Shown here: positions 43,738 through 53,637 of the stretch, in pieces | Position numbering within the stretch: position 1 is the first letter of the stretch | Layout of the letters: each line of letters begins with the position of its first letter | DNA from: Alphaproteobacteria bacterium | Lineage (GTDB): Bacteria; Pseudomonadota; Alphaproteobacteria; UBA828 | Length of the DNA stretch: 64,000 bases | Reading direction: 5' to 3' | NCBI GenBank assembly: GCA_965214705.1 | Contig: CBDCCI010000002.1 | Span: 1,280,001 to 1,344,000, forward strand | The notes under the pieces: model-generated | What the model was told of the DNA's origin: nothing | Databases searched by the model: none | What the model saw: only the letters and a program-made list of their open reading frames with translations | Translations under genes and position numbers: made by a program

Positions 43738-44763
43738 TCAGGCCGGGGAGGTTTCGTCGGGAGAGTCTGCGCGAATGGGTGCTTCGCGGGTCAGGTCCAG
43801 CTTGCGCTTGATGTAAGCGCCAGACGTCGTGGCGCCGTAACGGGGCGGGTTGTCCGGCCCGTGGCATGACGGAATACACTCGATCCGCGCGTCATAGTTT
43901 GGCTGGTGGAAGAAGCAGAGCGAAATCCGCGCCTGATCCGCCTGCGCGCGCGGCGGGTTCACGACCCGATGGCTGGTGGAGACCCATCGGTCGTTGGTCC
44001 ACTCCGCCATCAGGTCGCCGAGATTAACCGTGAGTGCGCCGGGGACACGCGGCACGCGGAACCAGTCGCCGTCCCGGGTCAGCACCTCGATTCCGCCGAT
44101 GTCGGTATCGGAATAGATGATCGTGAGGCTGCCGAGGTCCGAATGAGCGCCGGCGCGCGCTTCGCCCGCGGCGGGCGTGCTCGGCTGCGGCGGGTAGTGG
44201 ATGACGCTCGAGTTGGTGATGTGGCGGTCGATGCGGTCGGCGAAATAGTGCTCCGGCTGCTCGAGCGCCAGCGCGAAGCTCTGCATAATGGCGGGCGCGA
44301 GCCGCTCCATGTGCCGGTAGTACTCCTCCCAGAGTTCGCGCCATGCGTTCGGGCGCGCGGGCCACATGTTGGGCGCGAAGAACGTGCCGGCGGCCGGCGC
44401 CTGATGATAGGCATCGTCGGCCATGTCGAAGGGGCCGATGCTGAATGATTCTTTGAGATCGGGCAGCGAGAGGCTGTCGTCATCCAGGCTCGCCGCCGCG
44501 TTATCGCCGCGCAACGGGATATAGCCGCGGTAGCGGTCGGGCGGCATGGTGAGGCGCCGCTTCTCGTCTTCGGGCAACGCGAAGTAGCGGTAGGAGACCG
44601 CGACCAGCTCGTTGATCAGGATCTGCGACACGCCGTGGCCGGTCAGCATGAAGAAGCCGATGTCCTCGCAGGCCCGCCCGATCACATCTGCCACGCGCCG
44701 CCGCTCGTCGGCACTACCGGCAAGAAACGGAGTGAAGTCGATCAGCGGAACCGGAGCGGCCAT
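43738..44763 (-). CDS. 2OG-Fe(II) oxygenase, isopenicillin N synthase family
   Basis: VPLIDF, ACEDIGFF.L.GHGV, HSD..H facial triad, RxS (RIS). Confidence 0.9.
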   Translation of the reverse strand: MAAPVPLIDFTPFLAGSADERRRVADVIGRACEDIGFFMLTGHGVSQILINELVAVSYRYFALPEDEKRRLTMPPDRYRGYIPLRGDNAAASLDDDSLSLPDLKESFSIGPFDMADDAYHQAPAAGTFFAPNMWPARPNAWRELWEEYYRHMERLAPAIMQSFALALEQPEHYFADRIDRHITNSSVIHYPPQPSTPAAGEARAGAHSDLGSLTIIYSDTDIGGIEVLTRDGDWFRVPRVPGALTVNLGDLMAEWTNDRWVSTSHRVVNPPRAQADQARISLCFFHQPNYDARIECIPSCHGPDNPPRYGATTSGAYIKRKLDLTREAPIRADSPDETSPA

Positions 44764-44847
44764 TGCGTACCTCCGTCGGGAAAAGCAATTGTAGCACGGG
44801 GAGCCGCACGGCTTGGGCGGACGAGGATAGACGGAGCGAGGGCGGTC

Positions 44848-46307
44848 ATGCGGGTTTTCATCGCCTGTCTCGGAACCGAGACCAACACCTTCTCGTCGCT
44901 GCCGACGGGCGAGCAGACCTATCGGGACACCGCCGTCTTCGACGGCGATGCGACCCGCCATTCGCCAATCCCTTCAGCCTGCCCCTGCACATCTGGCGCG
45001 AGCGCGCCGAGGCGGAGGGGCACGAGGTCATCGAGGGGCTCTGCGCCTTCGCCCAGCGGGGGGGGCGGACGATCCGCCGCGTCTACGAGGACTATCGCGA
45101 TCGCATACTAGGGCAGGCACAGGCCGCACTGCCGCTCGACCTGGTGCTGGTCAACATGCACGGCGCGATGGTGGCGGAGGGCTACGACGACTGCGAGGGC
45201 GACTTGCTGGCCCGGCTGCGCGCGGTGGTGGGCCCCGAGGCGGTGCTGGGCGGCGAGCTCGACCTGCACTGCCACATCACGCCGCTGATGCTGGAGGCCG
45301 CGACGGCGCTCGTCACCTACAAGGAATACCCCCACATCGACATCGGCGAGCGGGCGGAGGACTTGTTCGCGCTCTGCCACGACGCGGCCCGCGGGCGCAC
45401 CCGGCCCGTGATGGCCGCTCACGACTGCCGCATGATCAGCATGTGGCGCACCACGGCTGAGCCGATGCAGACCTTCGTCGCCGACATGAAGGCGCGCGAG
45501 GGGAGCGACGGAATTCTCGCCGTCTCCTTCGGCCACGGCTTTCCCTGGGGCGACGTGGCCGAAGTGGGCGCCAAGACCCTGGTGGTGGCCGATGGCGACG
45601 AGGGCAAGGCGGCGGCGCTGGCCGCCGATCTCGGCGCCCGGCTCTGGGCGATGCGCGAGGAGACGCGGCCCACCGCAATCGGTATCGACGAGGCTATCGA
45701 CCGGGCGCTCGCCGTCGATGGCGGGCCGGTGGTGCTGGCGGACGTCTCGGACAATGCCGGCGGCGGCGCACCGAGCGACTCCACCTTCATCCTGGAGCGC
45801 CTGATTGCGCGCGGTGTCGGCGATGCGGCGAGCGGCCTCTACTGGGACCCGGTGGCGGTGCGCTTCTGCATGGAGGCGGGGGAGGGGGCGTCGCTCCGGC
45901 TGCGTATCGGCGGCAAGTGCGGCCCGGATTCGGGCGATCCGGTGGACCTCGCAGTCACGGTCGAGCGGATCGTGACCGGCGCCGCGCAGACCTTCGGCGC
46001 CGCCCGCAACAGGATCGGCGATGCGGCGTGGGTGCGCGCGGAAGGCGGCCTCGACCTCGTGCTGAATACGGTGCGCACGCAGGTCTTCAATCCCGACGCG
46101 TTCGCCGCCGTGGGGCTCGATCCGGCGGACAAGAAGATCGTGGTGGTGAAATCCACCCAGCACTTCCATGCCGGCTTCGCGCCCATCGCGAAGGAAATTC
46201 TCTACGTTGCGGCGCCGGGCGCCATCGCGCCGGACTTCGCGGCGATCCCCTACACCAAACTGGCGAAGCCCTACTGGCCGCGGGTCGAGGACCCGTGGGC
46301 AGGATAG
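44848..46307 (+). pseudogene. M81-family (MlrC-like) metallopeptidase with a frameshift near 44962
   Basis: ETNTFS in the first frame; MHGAM..DDCEGD, LDLH, YPHID, DNAGGG, VVKS.QHF in the second frame. One base is missing (possibly a sequencing error). Confidence 0.8.
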
Positions 46308-46334
46308 AAGAGTCCCGGCAGCGTCCGCCGCCGC

Positions 46335-47228
46335 TTACTCCGCAGCCTCAGCCTCGGGGCGCGCCCAGCGGCGCTCGAAGGCCCAGACGTCCTCGAAGCC
46401 CATGAGCGCGTGCATCTCGGGCAGCGAGATCATCGGCGCATCGACATTGGCGGTGGAGCCGTCGCGAAGAAGGGACGCGAAGGCGCTGCGCATCGCGCCG
46501 GCCGCCGGCAGCATGCCGATAGCGGGATAGATAGCGATGTTGAAACCCAAGGCCGCGAGGCGCTCCGCCGGCACGATGGGGGTCTTGCCGCTGTCCACCA
46601 TGTTGGCGAGCAGCGGCTTGTCGAAGGTCTCGCCGATGCGCGCGATCTCGTCCTCGTTCTCCGGCGCCTCGATGAAGATCACGTCGGCGCCCGCGTCGGC
46701 GAAGGCCTGGCCCCGCGCGAGGGCCTCGTCGAGCCCGAGGCTCGTGCGCGCATCGGTGCGCGCGATGATCAGGAAGTTGGGGTCGCGGCGCGCCTCGGCG
46801 GCGACGCGGATCTTCTCCACCATGTCCTCGATGGGGACCACGCGGCGCCCCGGCGTGTGGCCGCACTTCTTGGGGATTTCCTGGTCCTCGAGCTGGATCG
46901 CGCTGCAGCCCGCGTCCTCGTAGCCCTGCACGGTGTGCTGCACGTTGAGCAGGCCGCCGAAGCCCGTGTCCGCATCGCAGATCAGGGGCGAGGCCGTGCC
47001 GCCCGCGATTGTGCGCACGCGGCTCACGACATCGGCGTAGCTCGCGATCCCGGCATCGGGCAGGCCGAGGTGCGAGGCCGCGACGCCGTAGCCGGTCATG
47101 TAGAGCGCGCGAAACCCCATGCCGTCGGCGACCTTGGCGGAGATCATGTCGTAGACGCCGGGCGCCACGACGAACTGGCCGTCCCTGATCGCGCCGGCGA
47201 GCGCGGCGCGCTTCTCGCTTGCGTTCAT
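46335..47228 (-). CDS. isocitrate lyase/PEP mutase family C-C lyase
   Basis: PGVYD..SA, LYMTGYG, DADTGFGG, EDQ..PKKCGH, IIARTDAR. Confidence 0.9.
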   Translation of the reverse strand: MNASEKRAALAGAIRDGQFVVAPGVYDMISAKVADGMGFRALYMTGYGVAASHLGLPDAGIASYADVVSRVRTIAGGTASPLICDADTGFGGLLNVQHTVQGYEDAGCSAIQLEDQEIPKKCGHTPGRRVVPIEDMVEKIRVAAEARRDPNFLIIARTDARTSLGLDEALARGQAFADAGADVIFIEAPENEDEIARIGETFDKPLLANMVDSGKTPIVPAERLAALGFNIAIYPAIGMLPAAGAMRSAFASLLRDGSTANVDAPMISLPEMHALMGFEDVWAFERRWARPEAEAAE

Positions 47229-47243
47229 CTCTCTTAACTCCGT

Positions 47244-48131
47244 CTAGCCGCGATGGGCGTCCAGAAAACCCAGCAGGGTCTCGAAATAGGGCTCCGGCTC
47301 CTCGTACATCGGCAGGTGGGACGAGTTGGGGAAGACCTTGATCCGGGAGTTGGGCAACGCTGCGTGGAGCTTCATCGAGCACGCGGGTGTCAGCTCGTCG
47401 TGCTGTCCGCAGAGCACCAGCGCCGGCTGGTGCACCCGATGCAGCTCCGGCAGCCAGTTCTTGTCCTTGATGCTGCCGGTGTAGCAGAACTCGTTGGGGC
47501 CCTGGATCGCCTCGTAGGGCCCCATGTTCCAGTCGCCGAGCGAGCGCATCACCGGCGCCGGCCACGTGTCCAGCCGGCAGACGTGGCGGTAGTTGAGGAT
47601 GGTGATCGCCGCCTGATAGGTGGGGTGGTCGATGGTGCCTTCCGCCTCGTGGCGCTGCATCATCGCCTCGGTCTCGTGCCCGAGCGCGTGGCGAAGCCGG
47701 TGCAGCTCGCTCACCAGGTGCGGAATGTCGCCCGCGCCGTTGGCGAGGGTGAAGGTCTTGAAGCTCTCGGGGTAGGCCAGCGCCCATTCCTGGCCGAGCC
47801 AGGTGCCCCAGGACTGCCCGTAGTAATGCACCGGCCCGAGCCCGAGCGCGGTGCGCACGGTTTCCGTCTCCTCGACGTAGCGCTCGATGGTCCAGAGCGC
47901 GGCGTCGTCCGGCCGGTCGGACTTGCCGGTGCCGAGCTGGTCGAAGGCCACCACCCGGTAGTCCTTGTCCGCGAGCCAGGAGTGCGCGTCCCGCACGTAG
48001 TCGCAGGGGAGCCCCGGCCCTCCGTTGACGCAGAACAACACCTCGTCGCCGGAGCCGAAGCTGTAGGCCACCACGTTGTAACCGTCGACGGTGACGTTGA
48101 TGGTCTCGTCCGGCGCGCGATCGTCCATCAT
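47244..48131 (-). CDS. proline iminopeptidase-family alpha/beta hydrolase
   Basis: NGGPG, FDQLG.GKS..P, GQSWG nucleophile, G..DE, SSH. Confidence 0.9.
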   Translation of the reverse strand: MMDDRAPDETINVTVDGYNVVAYSFGSGDEVLFCVNGGPGLPCDYVRDAHSWLADKDYRVVAFDQLGTGKSDRPDDAALWTIERYVEETETVRTALGLGPVHYYGQSWGTWLGQEWALAYPESFKTFTLANGAGDIPHLVSELHRLRHALGHETEAMMQRHEAEGTIDHPTYQAAITILNYRHVCRLDTWPAPVMRSLGDWNMGPYEAIQGPNEFCYTGSIKDKNWLPELHRVHQPALVLCGQHDELTPACSMKLHAALPNSRIKVFPNSSHLPMYEEPEPYFETLLGFLDAHRG

Positions 48132-48325
48132 GGCCTGCGTCTCCCCTCCGCGTGGCGCGCCGGAGTGTTCCACATTTGCCAACCGCCTCCAAGCGGGGCC
48201 GGCGGCAGCCAAGCGGTCCGTGCTAGGATGGCGGCACGACCGGCCGGCGCCCCAAGAACAAGCAACAACGGCGCCCGCAATCGCCGCGCCCCGGCGGCGG
48301 CGACGGAGGAGGGGAGGAGAGCGAG

Positions 48326-49600
48326 ATGGCGCGCATTCTCATCACCGATGTGACGATCTTCGACGGCTCGGGCCGCGAGCCCTTCGCGGGCGAGGTGCTG
48401 GTGCAGGGCAACCGCATCGTCAAGGTGGCGGCCGGCGGCTTCCCGAGCGGCACGGCGGCCGACCGGGTGATTGACGGCGGCGGCGCCACGCTGATGCCGG
48501 GCCTGGTCAACTGCCACGGCCACCCGACCTACCCCAACATGGGCGCGGACTTCTACAGCACCGGCGAGCTCCCGGTGGAGGAGCACGTCTACCGTACCAT
48601 GCACAACGTGAAGGCGATGCTGGATGCGGGCTTCACCGCCTCGGTCAACGGCTCCTCGGCCAAGACCCGGCTCGACATCGCGACCCGCAACGAGATCGAC
48701 GCCGGCGGCATCCCCGGCCCCCGGATGCGCGCGGCCACGCCCGAGATCACCGTCACCGGCGGCCTCGGCGACCTGCGCCAGTACCACATGCACCACGAGG
48801 GCTTCGCGGTGGTCTGCGACGGGCCCGAGGAGATCCGCAAGTTCTCCCGGCTGATGATCCGCGAGGGCGCGGACAGCCTCAAGCTGATGATCTCCGGCGA
48901 CTTCTTCGTCCACGACACCGCCACCGGCGACATGACCGTAATGCAGGAGGACGAGATCGTCGCCTGTACCAGCATCGCCCACATCCACAAGCGCCGCGTC
49001 ATCGCGCATGCGCGCACGGCGGAGGCGGTAAAGCGCTGCGTGAAGCACGGGATCGACCTGATCTACCACGCCAACTTCTGCGACGAGGAGGCGCTGGACC
49101 TGCTGGAGGCCAACAAGGACCGCTTCTTCGTCAACCCCGCCATCGGCCTCACCTACACCACCCTCTACGAGATGGCGGACTACGGCATGCCGCAGGAGAA
49201 GGCCGAGGAATGGGGCTTCAAGCGCGAGCTCGACGGCGCCATCGCGGTGACGAAGGAGCTGTACCGGCGCGGCGTGCGCGTGCTGCCCTTCGGCGATTAC
49301 GGCTTCGAGTGGAACCCGGTGGGCCGCGACGCCCGCGACCTGGAGCTCTGGCAGGAGCTCATGGGCTTCTCGTCCATCGACCTGCTCACCATGGCGACGC
49401 GCTACGGCGGCGAGTGTTTTGGGGACGCCGTGGGCCTGGTGGCGGAGGGCTATCTCGCCGACCTGATCATGGTGGACGGCGACCCGCTCGCGGACGTTCG
49501 GATCCTGCAGGACAACGACCGCATCGTCATGATCATGAAGGACGGCGCCGTCTACAAGGAACCGGGCGCCCGCCAGCGCCAGCAGGCCGCCGCCGAGTAG
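48326..49600 (+). CDS. metal-dependent amidohydrolase family protein
   Basis: DGGGATLMPGLVNCHGH, GAD.LK, AHA, DLIYHA, G..ADLIMVDGDPL.D. Confidence 0.9.
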   Translation: MARILITDVTIFDGSGREPFAGEVLVQGNRIVKVAAGGFPSGTAADRVIDGGGATLMPGLVNCHGHPTYPNMGADFYSTGELPVEEHVYRTMHNVKAMLDAGFTASVNGSSAKTRLDIATRNEIDAGGIPGPRMRAATPEITVTGGLGDLRQYHMHHEGFAVVCDGPEEIRKFSRLMIREGADSLKLMISGDFFVHDTATGDMTVMQEDEIVACTSIAHIHKRRVIAHARTAEAVKRCVKHGIDLIYHANFCDEEALDLLEANKDRFFVNPAIGLTYTTLYEMADYGMPQEKAEEWGFKRELDGAIAVTKELYRRGVRVLPFGDYGFEWNPVGRDARDLELWQELMGFSSIDLLTMATRYGGECFGDAVGLVAEGYLADLIMVDGDPLADVRILQDNDRIVMIMKDGAVYKEPGARQRQQAAAE

Positions 49601-49727
49601 ACGCGCACCTTCGCGGCCCACCTCCCTCGCGGTCAACTGCGGTCTTGAAGCACGCCCCGGTTGCTTCTATATCCGGCCCGCACGCCCGACGAGGGTGGGA
49701 ATTTGGAGACGTTATTGAGCGAGAGAG

Positions 49728-50282
49728 ATGAGCGAAGCCAAGAGCACCAAGAAGCCATCGAAAGCCAAGTCAGAGTCGGCGCCCAAGGCCAAGAGCGAGA
49801 GCACCGACACCAAGACCAAGCCGAAGGACGACACGGCAAGCACGTCCGACGCCTCATCCGATACCAAGTCGTCGGAGGGCGCCAAGGACGCCGGCAAGGA
49901 CTCGGCAACAGACGCCGGCAAGTCCGCGCGTGACTCGGCCGGCGGCAAGGCCGACGTTCACTACGGCTACTTCTCCAGCGTGAGGACGCCAGCCTACCGC
50001 AGCGGTTGGGACGAAATATGGGGCGGCAAGAACGGCGGGAACGGCGCGGACGAAGACGAGGCGCCGCGCCAGCGCCGGGCGGCGCGCGCGAGCCGGCCCG
50101 CGAAGGCGCGGAAGCGCCGCGACCCCATCACCGTCACCCTCGACCTCGACACGCTGCCGCCCGAGCTGAAGGACGGCCTGGTGGAGATCGCCAGCGCCGA
50201 GCTCAAGAAGTCCCGCGTGAGCTACGCGCGGCGCGACAAGGCCGGCGCCATCGACTGGCGTATCACCTGCCGCGTCGACTGA
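49728..50282 (+). CDS. hypothetical protein (low-complexity K/S/D N-terminus)
   Basis: 184-aa ORF with conserved-looking HYGYFSSVRTPAYRSGWDEIW. Confidence 0.7.
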   Translation: MSEAKSTKKPSKAKSESAPKAKSESTDTKTKPKDDTASTSDASSDTKSSEGAKDAGKDSATDAGKSARDSAGGKADVHYGYFSSVRTPAYRSGWDEIWGGKNGGNGADEDEAPRQRRAARASRPAKARKRRDPITVTLDLDTLPPELKDGLVEIASAELKKSRVSYARRDKAGAIDWRITCRVD

Positions 50283-50518
50283 GCGCGCTACCCGAGATCG
50301 CAGGACTTACGGCAAGGGGAGGACCGGGCCGATAGGCCCGGACGGCGCGACTGCGCCGCGCGCGAAGCGCGAAGCGTCGCGCGCCCACGCGCGCGGAGCG
50401 CACGATCGAGCGGAGCGAGCGCCCGGCGCCTGAGGGAAACGAACGAGTCGTCGATATTCGTTGCAAACGGGAACGCGTCGGTCCATCTGTAGGAGACGAC
50501 CTGCGGAGGGCTCGGGCC

Positions 50519-50929
50519 ATGCTGAGGATCGCGGTTTTCTGCATCATGCTGGTCGTTGGCGCCATGCCGCTTCATGCGGACGTCATCCAGGTGGACAGCG
50601 CCGGACTTGAGCGGCTGCGGGCGGAAGGAGTCGCCGTCATCGACGTCCGCCGGTCGGAGGAGTGGCGCGAGACCGGCGTCATCGAGGGCAGCCACTTGAT
50701 GACCTTCTTCGACAAGAAGGGACGCTACGACCTGGACCGGTGGCTGCCGGCCCTCGCTGCGATCACGGAATCCGACCAGCCCGTTGCGTTCATCTGCCGT
50801 AGCGGAAAGCGCAGCGGCAAGGTCGCCCGGATGCTGGACGAGCAGTTCGGATACCGGCACGTCTACACCGCGCGCGATGGCATCCTGGGATGGATCGAGG
50901 AGGGGCGCTCCACCGTGGATCGCCAATAG
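50519..50929 (+). CDS. rhodanese-like domain protein (signal peptide)
   Basis: VIDVRR.EEW.ETGVIEGS, ICRSGKRS, GI.GW. Confidence 0.85.
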   Translation: MLRIAVFCIMLVVGAMPLHADVIQVDSAGLERLRAEGVAVIDVRRSEEWRETGVIEGSHLMTFFDKKGRYDLDRWLPALAAITESDQPVAFICRSGKRSGKVARMLDEQFGYRHVYTARDGILGWIEEGRSTVDRQ

Positions 50930-51064
50930 CGGCCGCCGCCCGAGGGCTGCCAAATCCGCGGACCGCTGGGCATTTCTGGTAGCCACATGGGAAAAAGCCG
51001 CTATATGTAGCGGTTTAGTCACATTCGAGTCGCCAGAGGATAAAGACAGAGGGGACCTCCGACC

Positions 51065-51352
51065 ATGAGCAGAGCCGCATTCATCGAGAACGTCGCCAAG
51101 AAGGTCAAGATGAGCAAGGCCGAGGCCAAGCGCACCGTGGACCTGGTGCTGGGCGAGATCGAGGCCGGAATCAAGAAGTCGAAGAAGGAAGGCCGCTATA
51201 CCATCGGCAACTTCGGCACCTTCAGCATCGTCAAGCGCAAGGGGCGCAAGGGCCGCAACCCGCAGACCGGCGAGGCGATCCGCATCAGAGCCTCCAAGGC
51301 CCTCCGCTTCCGCCCCTCCGCCCAGCTCCGGAGAGCTGCCGGGGCGAAGTAG
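51065..51352 (+). CDS. HU-family DNA-binding protein
   Basis: IGNFGTFS...RK.R.GRNPQTGEAIRI.ASK..RFRPS. Confidence 0.9.
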   Translation: MSRAAFIENVAKKVKMSKAEAKRTVDLVLGEIEAGIKKSKKEGRYTIGNFGTFSIVKRKGRKGRNPQTGEAIRIRASKALRFRPSAQLRRAAGAK

Positions 51353-51819
51353 CGCCAGCCGCGCATGACTGGCTGACGAACTGCCCGCACCCCGCAGGTG
51401 CAGTGATCCCCTGACACCGGAAAGCCCACTACCAGCGCAGGCGGAGGCCTCTGTCGCTCGTTGAGCGACGAACGCCTCGAAGTGCAAATGGGCGATTTGG
51501 TAGTTAATACTTTTGGTTGATAGCGGAGGTCACGCTCCACCCCCGGCTCGTAGTACACCTTGACGGTAGAATACCATTGTCACTCAGTGGTTTATGCGGC
51601 GCCCATCACGGGCAAGGGGCCAAGCAATTGGATTTGGCGCTGATCCGTAGCAACCTTCACGATGTCGAAAGTTCTTGCGGTATATCGCGCTTTTAGAGAG
51701 AGTACATGCAATGGCTTGTAATGGCCCACCGGCTACGTGAGAGCGGAGCTGGGATGGGCACAAGCACGTGAGTAAAAGCTCGATTCCGTTAGCTAGAGAG
51801 CCAGTTATTTGTGGAAAAA

Positions 51820-51996
51820 ATGAAAACTGAGACGGGGAAGAGTCCAAGCACGGGATCAAGATCTGGTCCGGTTAAGAATCGCATACAGATCAAGAATCCT
51901 GTGACGGGTCGGTATGTAAAGATAGACACGAGAACTGGCCGAATTATTGACCACAAGAAATCAAAGGGCCCCTACAAGGGTATAAAGGAAAAGTAG
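51820..51996 (+). CDS. small basic hypothetical protein (58 aa)
   Basis: GPVKNRIQIKNPVTGRYVKIDTRTGRIIDHK..KGPYKGIKEK; 10 nt upstream of the next gene. Confidence 0.7.
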   Translation: MKTETGKSPSTGSRSGPVKNRIQIKNPVTGRYVKIDTRTGRIIDHKKSKGPYKGIKEK

Positions 51997-52006
51997 CTAT
52001 TGCATT

Positions 52007-52889
52007 ATGCCTTTAGTATTTTCACCGCTGTCGGAGGAGGTGCTGGATCCCGGGCCACGTAGCCTTATTCCGAAGTCTGTATTCATGATGCGACAACTCG
52101 GTGAGCCACCAGATATCGATCAACAGATAAGTGAAGTTTCTGCTGAGGAGTTTGATGCTGCAGGAATCTCGGTTGTTGATGCAAGCTCCTCAATAGGAGG
52201 AAAGGATTTTCTTGAACGCATATTAGGTTTGATTAGGGGTGTAGGCTTTGTAGCTGCACTTTTTAGTGACTCCACACGGCGAACAGCCTTCGCCAATATT
52301 TCTTTGGAGCTGGGTTTCGCTGCCATGTGTGGCAAACCGTTGGTAATTATCAAGTCCAAGGGTGCTCAAGCACCGTCCGACCTTACAAGGACGGACTATA
52401 TCGAGTATGATCCCGGAAATCTGACACTTTTCTCCGACAAACTGCGAATGGCGATAGATGAGGTTGGAGCGCTGGCTGACTTTGAGCGAGCTAAGCTGGA
52501 AGTGGCGCTGGAGGCAGATCAGATGGATTGTGCGATTGCTTTTGAACGAGCCAGAAAGGCTTTTCTCTTGACGGGCGAGCGCGCATACGTAGATCACGCA
52601 CAAACGATCCTCGACCGCCTTAACGCTGCGCGGGAAAACCAGGATGTCGATGATCTTAGGCGGGAGCGGGAGGAAATTCGATTGAAGGCTTATCCCTCTG
52701 GCTCCGGTTCCCCAACATGTTGTACCGGCCACCTCGGCGGCGGTATCCGACACGGTCGCAGTTCCTTCCGTGTCTCAATGGGTTGCCCGTAAAGTGCCCA
52801 GCGATCCGGCACCCCACATATGGAGAAGCCGGATGTAAGGGGATAAGCCTTTTCGATTGTTCATAAAGCAGGCAAAGAAATTGTGTTAA
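52007..52889 (+). CDS. nucleoside 2-deoxyribosyltransferase/TIR-like domain protein; 3' end interrupted by MITE
   Basis: KSVFMM.., I.GLIR..., ANISLELGFA..GKPLVII, PSDL...DYIEYD. The native C-terminus EIRLFIKQAKKLC* is restored after MITE removal (current ORF stops at 52792). Confidence 0.7.
52685..52851. mobile_element. 167-bp MITE, IS1595-family (ISSod11-like ends)
   Basis: TIRs AAGGCTTATCCC/GGGATAAGCCTT extend imperfectly to ~45 bp; 8-bp TSD TTCGATTG at 52677-52684 and 52852-52859. Confidence 0.85.
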
Positions 52890-53605
52890 GGGAACTCGCT
52901 GGCAAAGGCGAACAAATCCCTCCCCACCTCCTCCACACACCGCTCGTCGTCGTTCGCGGGTTTGTTGACCAGCGTGCTCACGGGGTGAAAGATCATCGCC
53001 TCCGCAGGGTAGGGGGCGAGGGGAACCGCTTCGCCCGCGAGCCAGAGGTCGTAAGCACCGGGCGGCAGGATCACGGGCATGCGGGGGTGGATTGGGGCCA
53101 GGGCGGCGTTGGCCTCGGTGGTGAGGATGGTGCAGGTCTCCAGCACGTCGCCGGGCGCGAGCTCGGATAGCGAGCCGGTGAGCGCGAGGCCCGCCGGCAC
53201 GATCCAGCTCTCCCACAGACCCGCGAAGACGAAGCCGCCGCCGTCCTTCATCCCGATCAAGTAGGGCTGCTTGGCCTTGCCCTCGCGCTTCCACTCGTAG
53301 AAGCCGTCGGCCGGGATCAGGCAACGGCGCGCTTTGAAGGCAGCGCGGAACGAGGGTTTCTGGTGCGCGGTCTCGGAGCGCGCGTTGATCAGCTTGTAGC
53401 CGATGCTGGGCTCCTTGGCCCACGCGGGAATAAGCCCCCAGCGCAGCATGGAGGGGCGGCGGCCGCCATCGGCCAGGCGCACCGCCGCGATGGACTGCCC
53501 CGGTGCCACGTTGTAGCGCGGCCGCAGGTTCTGGGGTGTACCGACGAGGTCGAGGAACTCTTGAAGCTCGCGCCAGGGGAGGCGCTGGGTGAAGCGTCCG
53601 CACAT
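52886..53605 (-). CDS. SRAP/YedK-family abasic-site protecting protein
   Basis: MCGRF N-terminus, RYNVAP, WGLIP.W, INARSET, RCLIPADGFYEW, H.RMPVIL. Confidence 0.95.
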   Translation of the reverse strand: MCGRFTQRLPWRELQEFLDLVGTPQNLRPRYNVAPGQSIAAVRLADGGRRPSMLRWGLIPAWAKEPSIGYKLINARSETAHQKPSFRAAFKARRCLIPADGFYEWKREGKAKQPYLIGMKDGGGFVFAGLWESWIVPAGLALTGSLSELAPGDVLETCTILTTEANAALAPIHPRMPVILPPGAYDLWLAGEAVPLAPYPAEAMIFHPVSTLVNKPANDDERCVEEVGRDLFAFASEFP

Positions 53606-53637
53606 GGTGGTCGTCTAGCGGCCGGCCGGCGCGCGGC

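Noticed and set aside
44940-44980. Programmed frameshift in the M81 peptidase
   Set aside because: No slippery sequence; a single-base loss or sequencing error is the simpler explanation.
50290-50440. ncRNA or REP element in a GC-rich intergenic stretch
   Set aside because: Short hairpins are expected at this GC content and no convincing full-length second copy is in the window.
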